Origin: an uncultured delta proteobacterium
GTDB taxonomy: Bacteria; Myxococcota; Myxococcia; Myxococcales; Myxococcaceae
NCBI GenBank assembly: GCA_963796055.1
Contig: CAWCKH010000004.1
Coordinates: 2,752,001-2,816,000 of the forward strand
Length of the DNA stretch: 64,000 nucleotides
Direction: 5' to 3'
A program made the position numbers and the translations under genes. Under the pieces are notes generated by a model. The model did no database searches and had not been told where the DNA came from. It saw only the letters and a program-made list of their open reading frames with translations. Each line of letters begins with the position of its first letter. The stretch's first letter is position 1. Below, in pieces: positions 10,757 to 18,961 of the stretch.

Positions 10757-11746
10757 TCACTCGGCCTCGGGCTCCATCGGTCCGCCCACCCGCTGGATGT
10801 CGGACTCCTTCACCTTCTCGGCGTTGAACTTCTCCGCCGACCGGGTGAGCTTCTCCATCGTGGTGTCGAACTCCGGCGGCGTCGAGCCGGGCTTCAGGAA
10901 GCGCAGGTAGTTGATGCGCGCCACCACGAAGGGCTTGAGGTAGGGGCTGGTCATCCCCCGGGCCTTGAGACGGTCCACCGCGGCGGTGACCGCGTCGTCC
11001 AGGCCCAGCACCGCCCGGGCGCGCTCCTCTCGGATGGCCAGCGCCTCGGCCAGTGGCTCGTCCAGGAACCCGTCAATGCGCCTGACGATGGGGTGGTACG
11101 CGCCGCCGGAGAGCCGCGCCCGCTTCTCGTAGGCGGCGCCGAGGGTGGCGAAGGCCGGCTCCTCGAGCAGCGGGGCGACGTCCAGCTCGGTCCCTTTCCG
11201 CGTCTCCACCAGACCACGCAGCATCCGGATGACCTCCAGCGAGCGCTCCTTCAGGTTGTGGGCCTTCTCGGTGTTCAGGGCGAGGATCTGGAACGCCACC
11301 TCCGGCTCGGGCAGCAGCAGCGCCAGCACCGTCTTCCCCCCGAGCGCGCGGATGGCCGCGAGCCGGTGGTTGCCGTTGGGCGTCCAGTAGCTCCCCTCGT
11401 GCCGGACGGCGATCAGCGGATCGAGGAAGCGGTCCACCCGCTCCATCGCCGAGACCAGCCGCTTCACGTGGGGCTCGGAGAGGTCGCGCTGGTAGGGGGT
11501 GGGCTGCACCTGGTCCACCGGGAGCGCGGCGAAGAGCACCGCATGCCCGCCGAGCGGCTCGCGGTAGGTGGCGAGCACCCGTCCGCCATCGGCCTCCACC
11601 TCGGCGGCGAGTGAGCGCGCCGCGTCGGGGAGGTTCTCCGCCGTGTCGGCGGGCGAGAGTCCGCGCTGGGCAGCCGTCGCCTTCCGGCGGCGGGGGGACT
11701 TGCGCTTCCGGGCAATCTGGCGGGCGGTCCTGGAGGTGGCGGGCAT
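10757..11746 (-). CDS. Orphan ParB/Srx-fold protein with basic N-terminal tail
   Basis: Start ATG 11746. ParB N-domain features PTPYQRD, DPLIAV and NGNHRLAA; tail RKRKSPRRRK. Confidence 0.8.
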   Translation of the reverse strand: MPATSRTARQIARKRKSPRRRKATAAQRGLSPADTAENLPDAARSLAAEVEADGGRVLATYREPLGGHAVLFAALPVDQVQPTPYQRDLSEPHVKRLVSAMERVDRFLDPLIAVRHEGSYWTPNGNHRLAAIRALGGKTVLALLLPEPEVAFQILALNTEKAHNLKERSLEVIRMLRGLVETRKGTELDVAPLLEEPAFATLGAAYEKRARLSGGAYHPIVRRIDGFLDEPLAEALAIREERARAVLGLDDAVTAAVDRLKARGMTSPYLKPFVVARINYLRFLKPGSTPPEFDTTMEKLTRSAEKFNAEKVKESDIQRVGGPMEPEAE

Positions 11747-11799
11747 GGTCGTGGGGATGGGAGATTGCCGCGCCCGGCTCCCCGGGTCGAGGAGCTTCC

Positions 11800-12243
11800 A
11801 TGCGGGTGTCGACGATCGCGCTGGTGCTGGCCGGGCTGGCCGCGGTGGGCGCGGCGGTGTGGATGCTCCGGTCCGCGCCGGCCTCGCCCGAGGCGCAGGT
11901 CCGTGCGGCGGTGGACTCGATGGCCCGGGCGGCGCGCGAGCACGATGCGGCGGGCGTGCTGGCCCACGTCTCCGAGCGGTTCCAGTCCCCCGAGTTGGGC
12001 GGCAAGCCCGAGCTGCGCTCCTACCTGCTGGCCGAGCTGCTCCGCGGCGGGGTGTTGGAGGTGCGAGTCCTGGAGGCACGCGCCGAGGCGATGGCCCCGG
12101 GCGAGGTACACTTCACCGGTCGGCTGCTGCTCGGACGCACCGCGGGCGGGATGGACCTGGGACAGCGCGCCGTGGAGGCGACGTTCGCCGACGAGCAGGG
12201 GACCTGGCGCGTGGTGCGCGCGCACCTCGAGGCGGTCCGCTAG
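11800..12243 (+). CDS. Membrane-anchored NTF2-like (DUF4440-like) protein
   Basis: N-terminal hydrophobic anchor, AAREHDAAGVLAHVSERF, and C-terminal GTWRVVRA strand typical of the NTF2 fold. Confidence 0.6.
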   Translation: MRVSTIALVLAGLAAVGAAVWMLRSAPASPEAQVRAAVDSMARAAREHDAAGVLAHVSERFQSPELGGKPELRSYLLAELLRGGVLEVRVLEARAEAMAPGEVHFTGRLLLGRTAGGMDLGQRAVEATFADEQGTWRVVRAHLEAVR

Positions 12244-12299
12244 GTCAGGGCGGCCGCAGTCAGCTATGAGCTACAGGCTCCTAGTGCTCACCTTGCCGG

Positions 12300-12755
12300 T
12301 TAGATGCCGCTGAGGATCTTCCACCCGTCGGCCTCGCGCTTGAGCTCCATGCGCTTGATGTCCGACTCGGTCATCGGCTTGCCGCCGAGCTTGAACTGCG
12401 AGACCCAGGTGTAGACCGCGTTCGCCCGGTCTCCCTTCACGTCGATGGTCTTGATCTCGATGCGCACCGCCACGTCCTGAAGCTTCGCCAGCCTCTGGGG
12501 CAGCACGGTCTTGAGCCGCTGGATGTCGATGTCGTCTTCCGGGGCGAGGGTGCCGGCGTTGTCGCGAAACGCAGGGTCCACCACGGCCAGGATGCCGTTG
12601 GCATCGCGGGCCTCCAGCGCGGCGTTGTACCTGGAGATGGTGTCGATGATCGCCCGGGTGTCGCCGGTGTCCTCGAGATCGGTCCCGGGGATGCGGTGCG
12701 CACCACATCCGGCGCCGCTGAGCAGCACCAGGAAGGAGAGAAGCGCGCTCCTCAC
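12300..12755 (-). CDS. NTF2-like lipoprotein
   Basis: GTG start overlapping the upstream stop (GTGA), lipobox GAGC, ALEARDANGILAVVDPAF and C-terminal DGWKILSG. Confidence 0.7.
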   Translation of the reverse strand: MRSALLSFLVLLSGAGCGAHRIPGTDLEDTGDTRAIIDTISRYNAALEARDANGILAVVDPAFRDNAGTLAPEDDIDIQRLKTVLPQRLAKLQDVAVRIEIKTIDVKGDRANAVYTWVSQFKLGGKPMTESDIKRMELKREADGWKILSGI

Positions 12756-13279
12756 GCCCGCCCCGCCTGGAGCTCGGCCAGGTACCGGTTGAGCACCGGG
12801 GCCTCGGCGTCGAGGATCTTCAGGCCCTCGGAATGGATGAGCCGCTCGCCGATGATCGCCAGCGGCTTGAGCAGGAAGGGCAGCTGCAGCTTGATCTCCC
12901 CGTCCAGGGTGCGCTCGGTGCGTCCGCCCGCCGGCCGCAGCCGGAGGGTCCCGGTGTTCACCAGCATCCTGGAGATGGCCTGGCTGGTGGGCACGTTGCT
13001 GAAGGTCATCTCCTTGCGGTTCCGGTCGTAGGTGGACTGCTCCACGAAGGCGAACCACTCCGGGGGGACCTGCTTGGGCCCCACCGACGGGATGACCGGA
13101 CGGGGGCGGTACCGGACCCGCCGGCGGACGAGTGGACCCTCCTCGGTGCGCTCCAGTGCCTGCACCTCCAGCAGCACCCCGTGGTGTTGCAAGAGGTAGT
13201 CCAGGTACCGCGGGTCCAGCATGGCCCGCTCGACCTCGTCCACGGTTCCGTCCAGGAACTGCCGCTTTTCGAAGCGCAT
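12752..13279 (-). CDS. DUF2505/SRPBCC-like protein
   Basis: Start ATG 13279. 175 aa with a helix-grip-like pattern (GRTERTLDGEIKLQLP...IGERLI) resembling DUF2505. Confidence 0.6.
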   Translation of the reverse strand: MRFEKRQFLDGTVDEVERAMLDPRYLDYLLQHHGVLLEVQALERTEEGPLVRRRVRYRPRPVIPSVGPKQVPPEWFAFVEQSTYDRNRKEMTFSNVPTSQAISRMLVNTGTLRLRPAGGRTERTLDGEIKLQLPFLLKPLAIIGERLIHSEGLKILDAEAPVLNRYLAELQAGRA

Positions 13280-13293
13280 CGCGGCGCTGCGGC

Positions 13294-15624
13294 TTATCGG
13301 AAAGGCCCCCGCGGCACCAGGGGACCGTTGAACGTCCGCTCCTCGAAGGTGCAGCGTGCTTGCCATTCTGTCACCTCGGTCCGCAGGGCGTCGGACAGAT
13401 CCGGCATTCGGCCCAGGTCGGAGCGGACCGCGGCGCAGTCACCGGCCCGGTAGTGCGCGGACACGAGCAGCCGCCAGGCCTCGCGGCTGACCTGCTCGGG
13501 CAGCGTGGCGGACAGCGCGCGGCCGAGCGCCTCGGCCGCTTCCGCGGAGATCCCGAGCCCCAGCAATCGCCGGCCGAGGAGGTAGTTCACCACCCCGCTC
13601 TCCGGTGCGACCTCCCGGGCGCGTTCCAGCGCCCAGACCCGCAGCTCGTCGGTGCTGGCGAAGAAGAAGGCGTGGAGCATGGGACGGATGCCCGCATCGG
13701 CGAGCGCCGCCTGCTTCACCTCCGCCTCGCGCTCCAGGTCCCGCCCGGGGCGCAGCGAGCTGGCCAGCTGCAGGGCGGCGCCCGCGGACTGGAGGTCGTC
13801 CTGGCTCCAGGCCAGGTCGGCCCGGGCCAGCGCCACCTGGGCCTCGAGTGCCGGGCGACCGCCGACCAGCGCGTCGGCGCGCTCCAGCGCCTCGGCGGCC
13901 TCGGCCGGGCGTTCCATGCGGCGCAGGAGGCTCGCCTCGGTGAGCGGGAAATCCGGCTCCTCCGGCTGCAGGCGAGCGCAGGCGCGGAGCAGCTGCAGCG
14001 CGCGCCAGGGGTTGGTGCTCGCCGCCGCGCGCGCCTCCTCGGCCAGCACCGCCACCTCGCGCACGCACGGACGGCGGAAGAGGCTCGGCTGGCGGAAACG
14101 GGCGAAGGCGCGGTTCACCTCACTCTCCTCCAGCGGGAGCGCGTCCAGCATCCGCTCCCACTCGGACACCAGGGTGTCCAGGCTGCGGCCGTAGGTGCGG
14201 GCGAAGTCGGCGTGGGCGAGCAGCCGCTGCAGCCGCTCCGTCCCCTGTGATTCCTGGAGCCAGCGCAGGAAGCTGCCGGATGCGGTGTACGCGCGGGCGG
14301 GAGCGGCGCTCCAGAACCCGGTGGGGCCGAGCAGCCGGCGAAGGTCCGGCATCAGCCCCAGACGTCGCATCCCGGCGGCCCAGGCGTGAAGGGTCAGCTC
14401 GCCGGTGGGGTTGTCCGCGGCGACGGCCACCCCTTCCACCACTCCCATCACCGGCAACCCCCAGCGCGAGGGGACCCGGAAGGGCCCGCTGCCGAACGAG
14501 GCCGCGGCGAGGTGCGCCAGCTCGTGCTTCAAGGTGGGGTGAGGGAACGGAGCGTCGTTGAGGAACACGCTGCCGAGCCAGGGCTTGGCAAACTGCGTTC
14601 CTCCCGCGCCCACCCAGCGCTGCTTCTCCACCGCCGAGCGGAAGACGACCACCCGTACGCTCGGCGGCGGGGCCCCGAAGAAGCGCGCGAGCTGCGAGAG
14701 CCGGAACTCGACGTCGCGGCGCAGCCGCTCCACCTCCTCGGAGGATTTCTCGCGGGGATAGAGGATCTCCGCGTGCTCGGTCTCGGTCCGCCCTCCGAGC
14801 AGGCCCCGGATCGCCGCGTCGGAGCTGCGGAATCCGAGCGGCACCGCACCCATCTCCAGCGCGGTGATGGCCAACGCGAGCAGCGCCAGGGTGGTCAGCA
14901 CCCGCGTGCGGTGGCTCTGATGCGCGCCCCCCGGTGCGGAGAAGATCGCCGCAGTGCAGGTACCGACCACCGCCGCCCAGAGCACCGTCTCCACCCGGAA
15001 CCAGGCGAGCGATGATGGAACGCGCAGCGCCTCGTCGTAGAGCGGCCCGGGGAAGAACCCGAGGAAGAAGTTGAAGGCGAAGACCTGTGGCCCGAACACC
15101 AGCGGCCAGATGGTCCAGGCCACCGACGCCAGGAAGAGCAGGGCGTACAGGGCGATGGCCTGGCCCCAGGCAGGGAACGCGGTGCGGCAGAACACGCCCG
15201 CCGCGGCGGCGAGGAGCGCGCCCGGCAACACCAGCAACGGAAAGAAGGCAGCCTGGGCGAACGGGTTGCACCGGGTGGTGAGCGTCGCCCGGAGCACCGC
15301 GGCGCCGAAGGGGATGGCGGCCGCGGCCCACAGGGCGAGCGTCGCCGCTCCGACGGCGCGGGCGGCGGCGGTGCCCGGCCCCGGCGGGAGGATGCGGGGC
15401 ACGCTCGGGCGGGGAACCTTGCGCAGCTCGTCGGCGGCGCCTGCTCCCATCCACCCGCCGACCAGGGCGCACAGCGCCGAGACCGCCAGCCCCAGCTCGA
15501 GGCCGGGGAGCTCGAAGAGCGGGAGGAGGACGAGCAGCGCCCCCCCGACCGCCACCACGACCCAGGGGACCCACCCGGCAGGTCGTCGGAGCAGATCGCG
15601 GGTCGTGCGCACGACGGGCGACAT
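13294..15624 (-). CDS. Polytopic membrane protein with gluzincin-type metallopeptidase domain and TPR-like C-terminus
   Basis: Start ATG 15624. About 6-7 N-terminal hydrophobic helices, then LKHELAH plus downstream VEGVAVA, then Ala/Leu/Glu-rich helical repeats. Confidence 0.7.
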   Translation of the reverse strand: MSPVVRTTRDLLRRPAGWVPWVVVAVGGALLVLLPLFELPGLELGLAVSALCALVGGWMGAGAADELRKVPRPSVPRILPPGPGTAAARAVGAATLALWAAAAIPFGAAVLRATLTTRCNPFAQAAFFPLLVLPGALLAAAAGVFCRTAFPAWGQAIALYALLFLASVAWTIWPLVFGPQVFAFNFFLGFFPGPLYDEALRVPSSLAWFRVETVLWAAVVGTCTAAIFSAPGGAHQSHRTRVLTTLALLALAITALEMGAVPLGFRSSDAAIRGLLGGRTETEHAEILYPREKSSEEVERLRRDVEFRLSQLARFFGAPPPSVRVVVFRSAVEKQRWVGAGGTQFAKPWLGSVFLNDAPFPHPTLKHELAHLAAASFGSGPFRVPSRWGLPVMGVVEGVAVAADNPTGELTLHAWAAGMRRLGLMPDLRRLLGPTGFWSAAPARAYTASGSFLRWLQESQGTERLQRLLAHADFARTYGRSLDTLVSEWERMLDALPLEESEVNRAFARFRQPSLFRRPCVREVAVLAEEARAAASTNPWRALQLLRACARLQPEEPDFPLTEASLLRRMERPAEAAEALERADALVGGRPALEAQVALARADLAWSQDDLQSAGAALQLASSLRPGRDLEREAEVKQAALADAGIRPMLHAFFFASTDELRVWALERAREVAPESGVVNYLLGRRLLGLGISAEAAEALGRALSATLPEQVSREAWRLLVSAHYRAGDCAAVRSDLGRMPDLSDALRTEVTEWQARCTFEERTFNGPLVPRGPFR

Positions 15625-15654
15625 CGGATGTCCGTATACTCTCCCTTGGCTCCC

Positions 15655-16038
15655 GTGACGGAAACGAAGACCGAAGGGCGCACCCACCCGCGGGCGCCGA
15701 TCGAGCTCAAGGTCGACTACAAGAAGCTGAACAGCTTCTTCGCCGACTACACCCGGAACATCAGCAAGGGCGGCACGTTCATCAAGACACGCAAGCCGCT
15801 GCCGGTGGGGACGCGCTTCCTCTTCAAGCTGTCCATTCCCGGCCGGGAGGAGCCGTTCGAGCTGCTGGGCGAGGTGGCCTGGAGCGCCGCCGAGGGCGAC
15901 GATGCGGGCATGGGGATCCGCTTCGTCTACGTCGACGACACCCAGCGCTTCACCTTCGAGGACGTGGTGGAGCGGCTGATGAGCGACAGCCTCGGGCGGG
16001 AGCTGACGCTCAGGCTGCTGAACAAGGTGGGGGCCTAG
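15655..16038 (+). CDS. plpA: Stand-alone PilZ-domain protein (myxobacterial TIGR02266 type, PlpA-like)
   Basis: RTHPR (RxxxR), NISKGG (N/DxSxxG) and GMGIRF; located beside the glt cluster. Start GTG 15655 or ATG 15628. Symbol is from recalled similarity. Confidence 0.75.
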   Translation: MTETKTEGRTHPRAPIELKVDYKKLNSFFADYTRNISKGGTFIKTRKPLPVGTRFLFKLSIPGREEPFELLGEVAWSAAEGDDAGMGIRFVYVDDTQRFTFEDVVERLMSDSLGRELTLRLLNKVGA

Positions 16039-16054
16039 TGCCTCGAGGTACTCG

Positions 16055-16570
16055 TTGAGGGCGTTGCTGGCGGTGGCCCTCCTGGCAGCGCTGCCCGCGG
16101 CCGCGGAGCGCTCGGTGCCACGCTCGACGGCGGTGGACCCCACCACCGAGACCTACGACGGGCCGCTTCCGGACCGCGGCGCGCTGCTGGTCCGGGACGC
16201 GTTCGGCGGCGCACACCGGCTCACGGTGGAGATCGCCGACACCAGCCCGCTGCGCACCCGCGGGCTGATGTGGCGCTCCGAGCTGCCCGAGGGCACCGGG
16301 ATGCTGTTCATCTTCCCCGCCGAGGTGGTCCAGAGCTTCTGGATGCGCAACACGCTCATCCCCCTGGACATGGTGTTCATCGACCGGCACCTGCGGATCG
16401 TCGGGGTGGTGCAGTGGGCCGAGCCGAAGACGCTCACCTCCCGGACCGTGGGCAAGCCCTCGCTCTACGTGCTCGAGGTCCCGGGTGGCTGGACGTCCCG
16501 CAACGGGGTGCGGGCCGGGTCCACCGTCGATCTGGAGGGCGCGCTCAAGGGCCGACCGGGACAGCCCTGA
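16055..16570 (+). CDS. DUF192 family exported protein
   Basis: VEIADT..R.RGLM.R, GMLFIF, FWMRNTLIPLDMVFID and YVLEV, all DUF192 motifs. Confidence 0.9.
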   Translation: MRALLAVALLAALPAAAERSVPRSTAVDPTTETYDGPLPDRGALLVRDAFGGAHRLTVEIADTSPLRTRGLMWRSELPEGTGMLFIFPAEVVQSFWMRNTLIPLDMVFIDRHLRIVGVVQWAEPKTLTSRTVGKPSLYVLEVPGGWTSRNGVRAGSTVDLEGALKGRPGQP

Positions 16571-16585
16571 GCGCCGTGCCGGGGA

Positions 16586-17101
16586 TCAGCTCCCGCCGTC
16601 GCCGCCGCGGGCGCAGAAGAAGGCCGAGCGGCTGTTGTTGAAGTACTGCTGGCACTTCACCGGGTCCTTGCAGATCTCGGCGATGGTGTCGTTGTCCAGC
16701 ACCAGCGGCCGGCAGCTCATCACCAGGGTGGGATCGTTCTGGAGATCCTGGAACTGTGGCGTACAGCCGCTGGTGCTGCCCTGTGCGCAGGCGTGGCTGC
16801 AGTACCCCATGGCGGGATCGGCCAGCACCGCGGGGTTGGCGGTGGCCTGCGCCAGCACGCTGGCCACCCCGTTCTGATCGAGCACGCAGATCAGGTCCTC
16901 GCACTCCACCGAGCCGAAGCTGAGGAAGTCCTTGCCGGCGCTGAGCTCGGCCACGATCACGTTGGTCGCGCCGCCGTCCGGCAGGGCCTTGAGCAGATGG
17001 CAGCCTGGCTTTCCGAGATCGGTGTCGGCCTTGCACGCCATCATCGAGAGAGCGGCTGCGGCGACGACCAGAAACGAGCGCGCGCGGAGGGATGCAACCA
17101 T
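16586..17101 (-). CDS. gltK: Adventurous gliding lipoprotein GltK (CglC/AgmO)-like
   Basis: Lipobox SMMAC and Cys-rich KDFLSFGSVECEDLICV...GYCS..C...FFCAR; divergent from the gltBAC-like operon. Confidence 0.78.
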   Translation of the reverse strand: MVASLRARSFLVVAAAALSMMACKADTDLGKPGCHLLKALPDGGATNVIVAELSAGKDFLSFGSVECEDLICVLDQNGVASVLAQATANPAVLADPAMGYCSHACAQGSTSGCTPQFQDLQNDPTLVMSCRPLVLDNDTIAEICKDPVKCQQYFNNSRSAFFCARGGDGGS

Positions 17102-17300
17102 TCGCCCCGGCACGGTAGCACAACAGTTCCGGAGGTCAGCTTCACGCTTCGCGCGGTGGGTCTCGTGTCTACGAACGTCCCACCTTTGGTGCGGCGTCAC
17201 GCACTTTGCCGAGAGCGGAACGATGGTAGAGTCGGCGGCTGCGTTGCCAACGACGGATGCGAGTACGCCGCAACGTAGCCCCCGACGGAGACTCTTCCCT

Positions 17301-18182
17301 TTGACGCGACCTCTGGCAGCGGTCACGTGCCTGCTCCTCGTGCTGTCCGCGCCCGCCGCACGGGCGCAGGCCCCGTCACCGCCCCCGCCTCAACCGGCGC
17401 CCGCCCCGAGCAGCCCGGAGAAGCCGCCCGAGCCCACCACCGAGGGGCTGGGGCTGGACCTCACCGAGGAGGCGAAGAAGCCGGCGCCGTCGACGGTGGC
17501 CCTCCCCAGCGACAAGGTGAAGTCGGACGCGCCGGTGCTCGACGAGCAGTCGCTGGTCGAGGACGACCGGGTGAAGAGCATCCAGCGCAAGGTCTTCCTC
17601 AAGACCCACCGCTTCGAGCTGCTGCCCACCATCTTCGTCTCGGTCAACGACCCCTACTACTCGAAGTGGGGCGGCAGCCTGCGGGGCTCCTTCTTCCTCT
17701 CCGACACCCTGGCGGTGGCGGTGCACGCGTCGATCTACGACCTGCTCCCCACCGACGACGTGAAGACGGCCAAGGCGAACTTCCAGAGCCGCATCTTCTA
17801 CTCGGTGCCCAAGTGGTCGGTGCTGGGGGCGGTGGAGTGGAGCCCGATCTACGGCAAGGCCACCATCTTCAACACCATCATCCACTTCGACGGATTCATC
17901 CTCGCCGGGCTGGGCGCGCTGTGGAGCGACACCTCGTCCACCCCGCTCGACTCCAAGAACCCAGCCGGCCCCACCCGCGGACCGAACATCGCCGCGGAGT
18001 TCGGGATCGGCTTCCGTTTCATGACCACCGACTGGCTGAGCGTGAACCTCGCCCTGATCGACACCAGCTACGTGGACCAGCCGGCGGGCACCAACAAGGG
18101 ATCGATCCAGAACATCCTGGCCCTGAACGCGGGCATCTCGCTGTTCTTCCCCTTCCGCAGCACCGGGAGGGAGTCCGAGTGA
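17301..18182 (+). CDS. gltB: Gliding outer-membrane beta-barrel GltB-like
   Basis: TTG start with GGAG RBS, signal peptide, DRVKSIQRKVFLK.HRFEL, WSPIYGK and C-terminal GISLFFP; first gene of the barrel-barrel-TPR operon. Confidence 0.75.
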   Translation: MTRPLAAVTCLLLVLSAPAARAQAPSPPPPQPAPAPSSPEKPPEPTTEGLGLDLTEEAKKPAPSTVALPSDKVKSDAPVLDEQSLVEDDRVKSIQRKVFLKTHRFELLPTIFVSVNDPYYSKWGGSLRGSFFLSDTLAVAVHASIYDLLPTDDVKTAKANFQSRIFYSVPKWSVLGAVEWSPIYGKATIFNTIIHFDGFILAGLGALWSDTSSTPLDSKNPAGPTRGPNIAAEFGIGFRFMTTDWLSVNLALIDTSYVDQPAGTNKGSIQNILALNAGISLFFPFRSTGRESE

Positions 18183-18946
18183 ACGCCCGGCTCGTACTGG
18201 TACTCGTGCTCGCGCTCGCTCCGGTCGTCCGGGCGCAGGACCTGGCCCCCTCCAGCGAGGCCGGGGACACCGCCGCGCTGGACCGCGACATCGGGCCGCT
18301 CAAGGACCGCGTCCCCCCGGTGACCGGGCACACCTTCCTGATGGCCCGGCGCTTCGAGATCGCCCCCACCTTCAGCCTCAGCTTCCGCGACGCCTTCTGG
18401 AGCAAGTACGTGATCGGCGCCACCGCCACGTACCACTTCACCGAGACCCTCGCCCTCGCGCTGCGCGGGGGTTACGCCTTCACCGCGATCAGCAGCTCGG
18501 CGCAGATCTGCCCGCCCAGCGAGGCCTGCCGCAAACCCACCACCGAGGAGCTGGACGGGAAGGGGCCGGGGCAGATCAAGCTGATCACCGCGCTCGACTT
18601 CGAGTGGGCGCCGCTCTACGGGAAGATCTCCCTCTTCGCCGAGGGCTTCGCCCACTTCAACCTGTACCTGATCGGCGGCCCGGTGGCGATCCAGTACCAG
18701 GCGCCGAAGGACGCCAACGCCCCGGGCAGCGAGGCGGCCTGGTCCGTGGGGGGCGAGGCCGGGCTGGGGATGCGCTTCGTCTTCAACCGCTGGATGGCGC
18801 TGCGCTTCGAGCTGCGGGACGCCGTCTACCGGGAGAAGACCAAGGGCGCCACCGAGACCACCGGGGCCTCGTACCAGGTCCGGAACCAGCTGTTCTTCGA
18901 TATCGGGCTGTCGTTCTTCTTCCCCAACAACTTCACCGAGGGGTAG
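18179..18946 (+). CDS. gltA: Gliding outer-membrane beta-barrel GltA-like
   Basis: GTG start overlapping the gltB stop; paralogous motifs RRFEIAP, WAPLYGK and GLSFFFP. Confidence 0.75.
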   Translation: MNARLVLVLVLALAPVVRAQDLAPSSEAGDTAALDRDIGPLKDRVPPVTGHTFLMARRFEIAPTFSLSFRDAFWSKYVIGATATYHFTETLALALRGGYAFTAISSSAQICPPSEACRKPTTEELDGKGPGQIKLITALDFEWAPLYGKISLFAEGFAHFNLYLIGGPVAIQYQAPKDANAPGSEAAWSVGGEAGLGMRFVFNRWMALRFELRDAVYREKTKGATETTGASYQVRNQLFFDIGLSFFFPNNFTEG

Positions 18947-18961
18947 GGAGGGCTCGTCGAC

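Noticed and set aside
12244..12299. Slightly AT-richer gap with small GAGC-TACAG-GCTC hairpin as a possible sRNA or element
   Set aside because: The stem is only 4 bp, there is no second copy in the window, and the evidence is insufficient.
17232..17250. GG-N10-GC spacings on both strands in the gltK/gltB intergenic region
   Set aside because: Each has only one good half-site (CGGCGG/TTGC or TGGCAA/CCGC), which is too likely by chance at this GC content.
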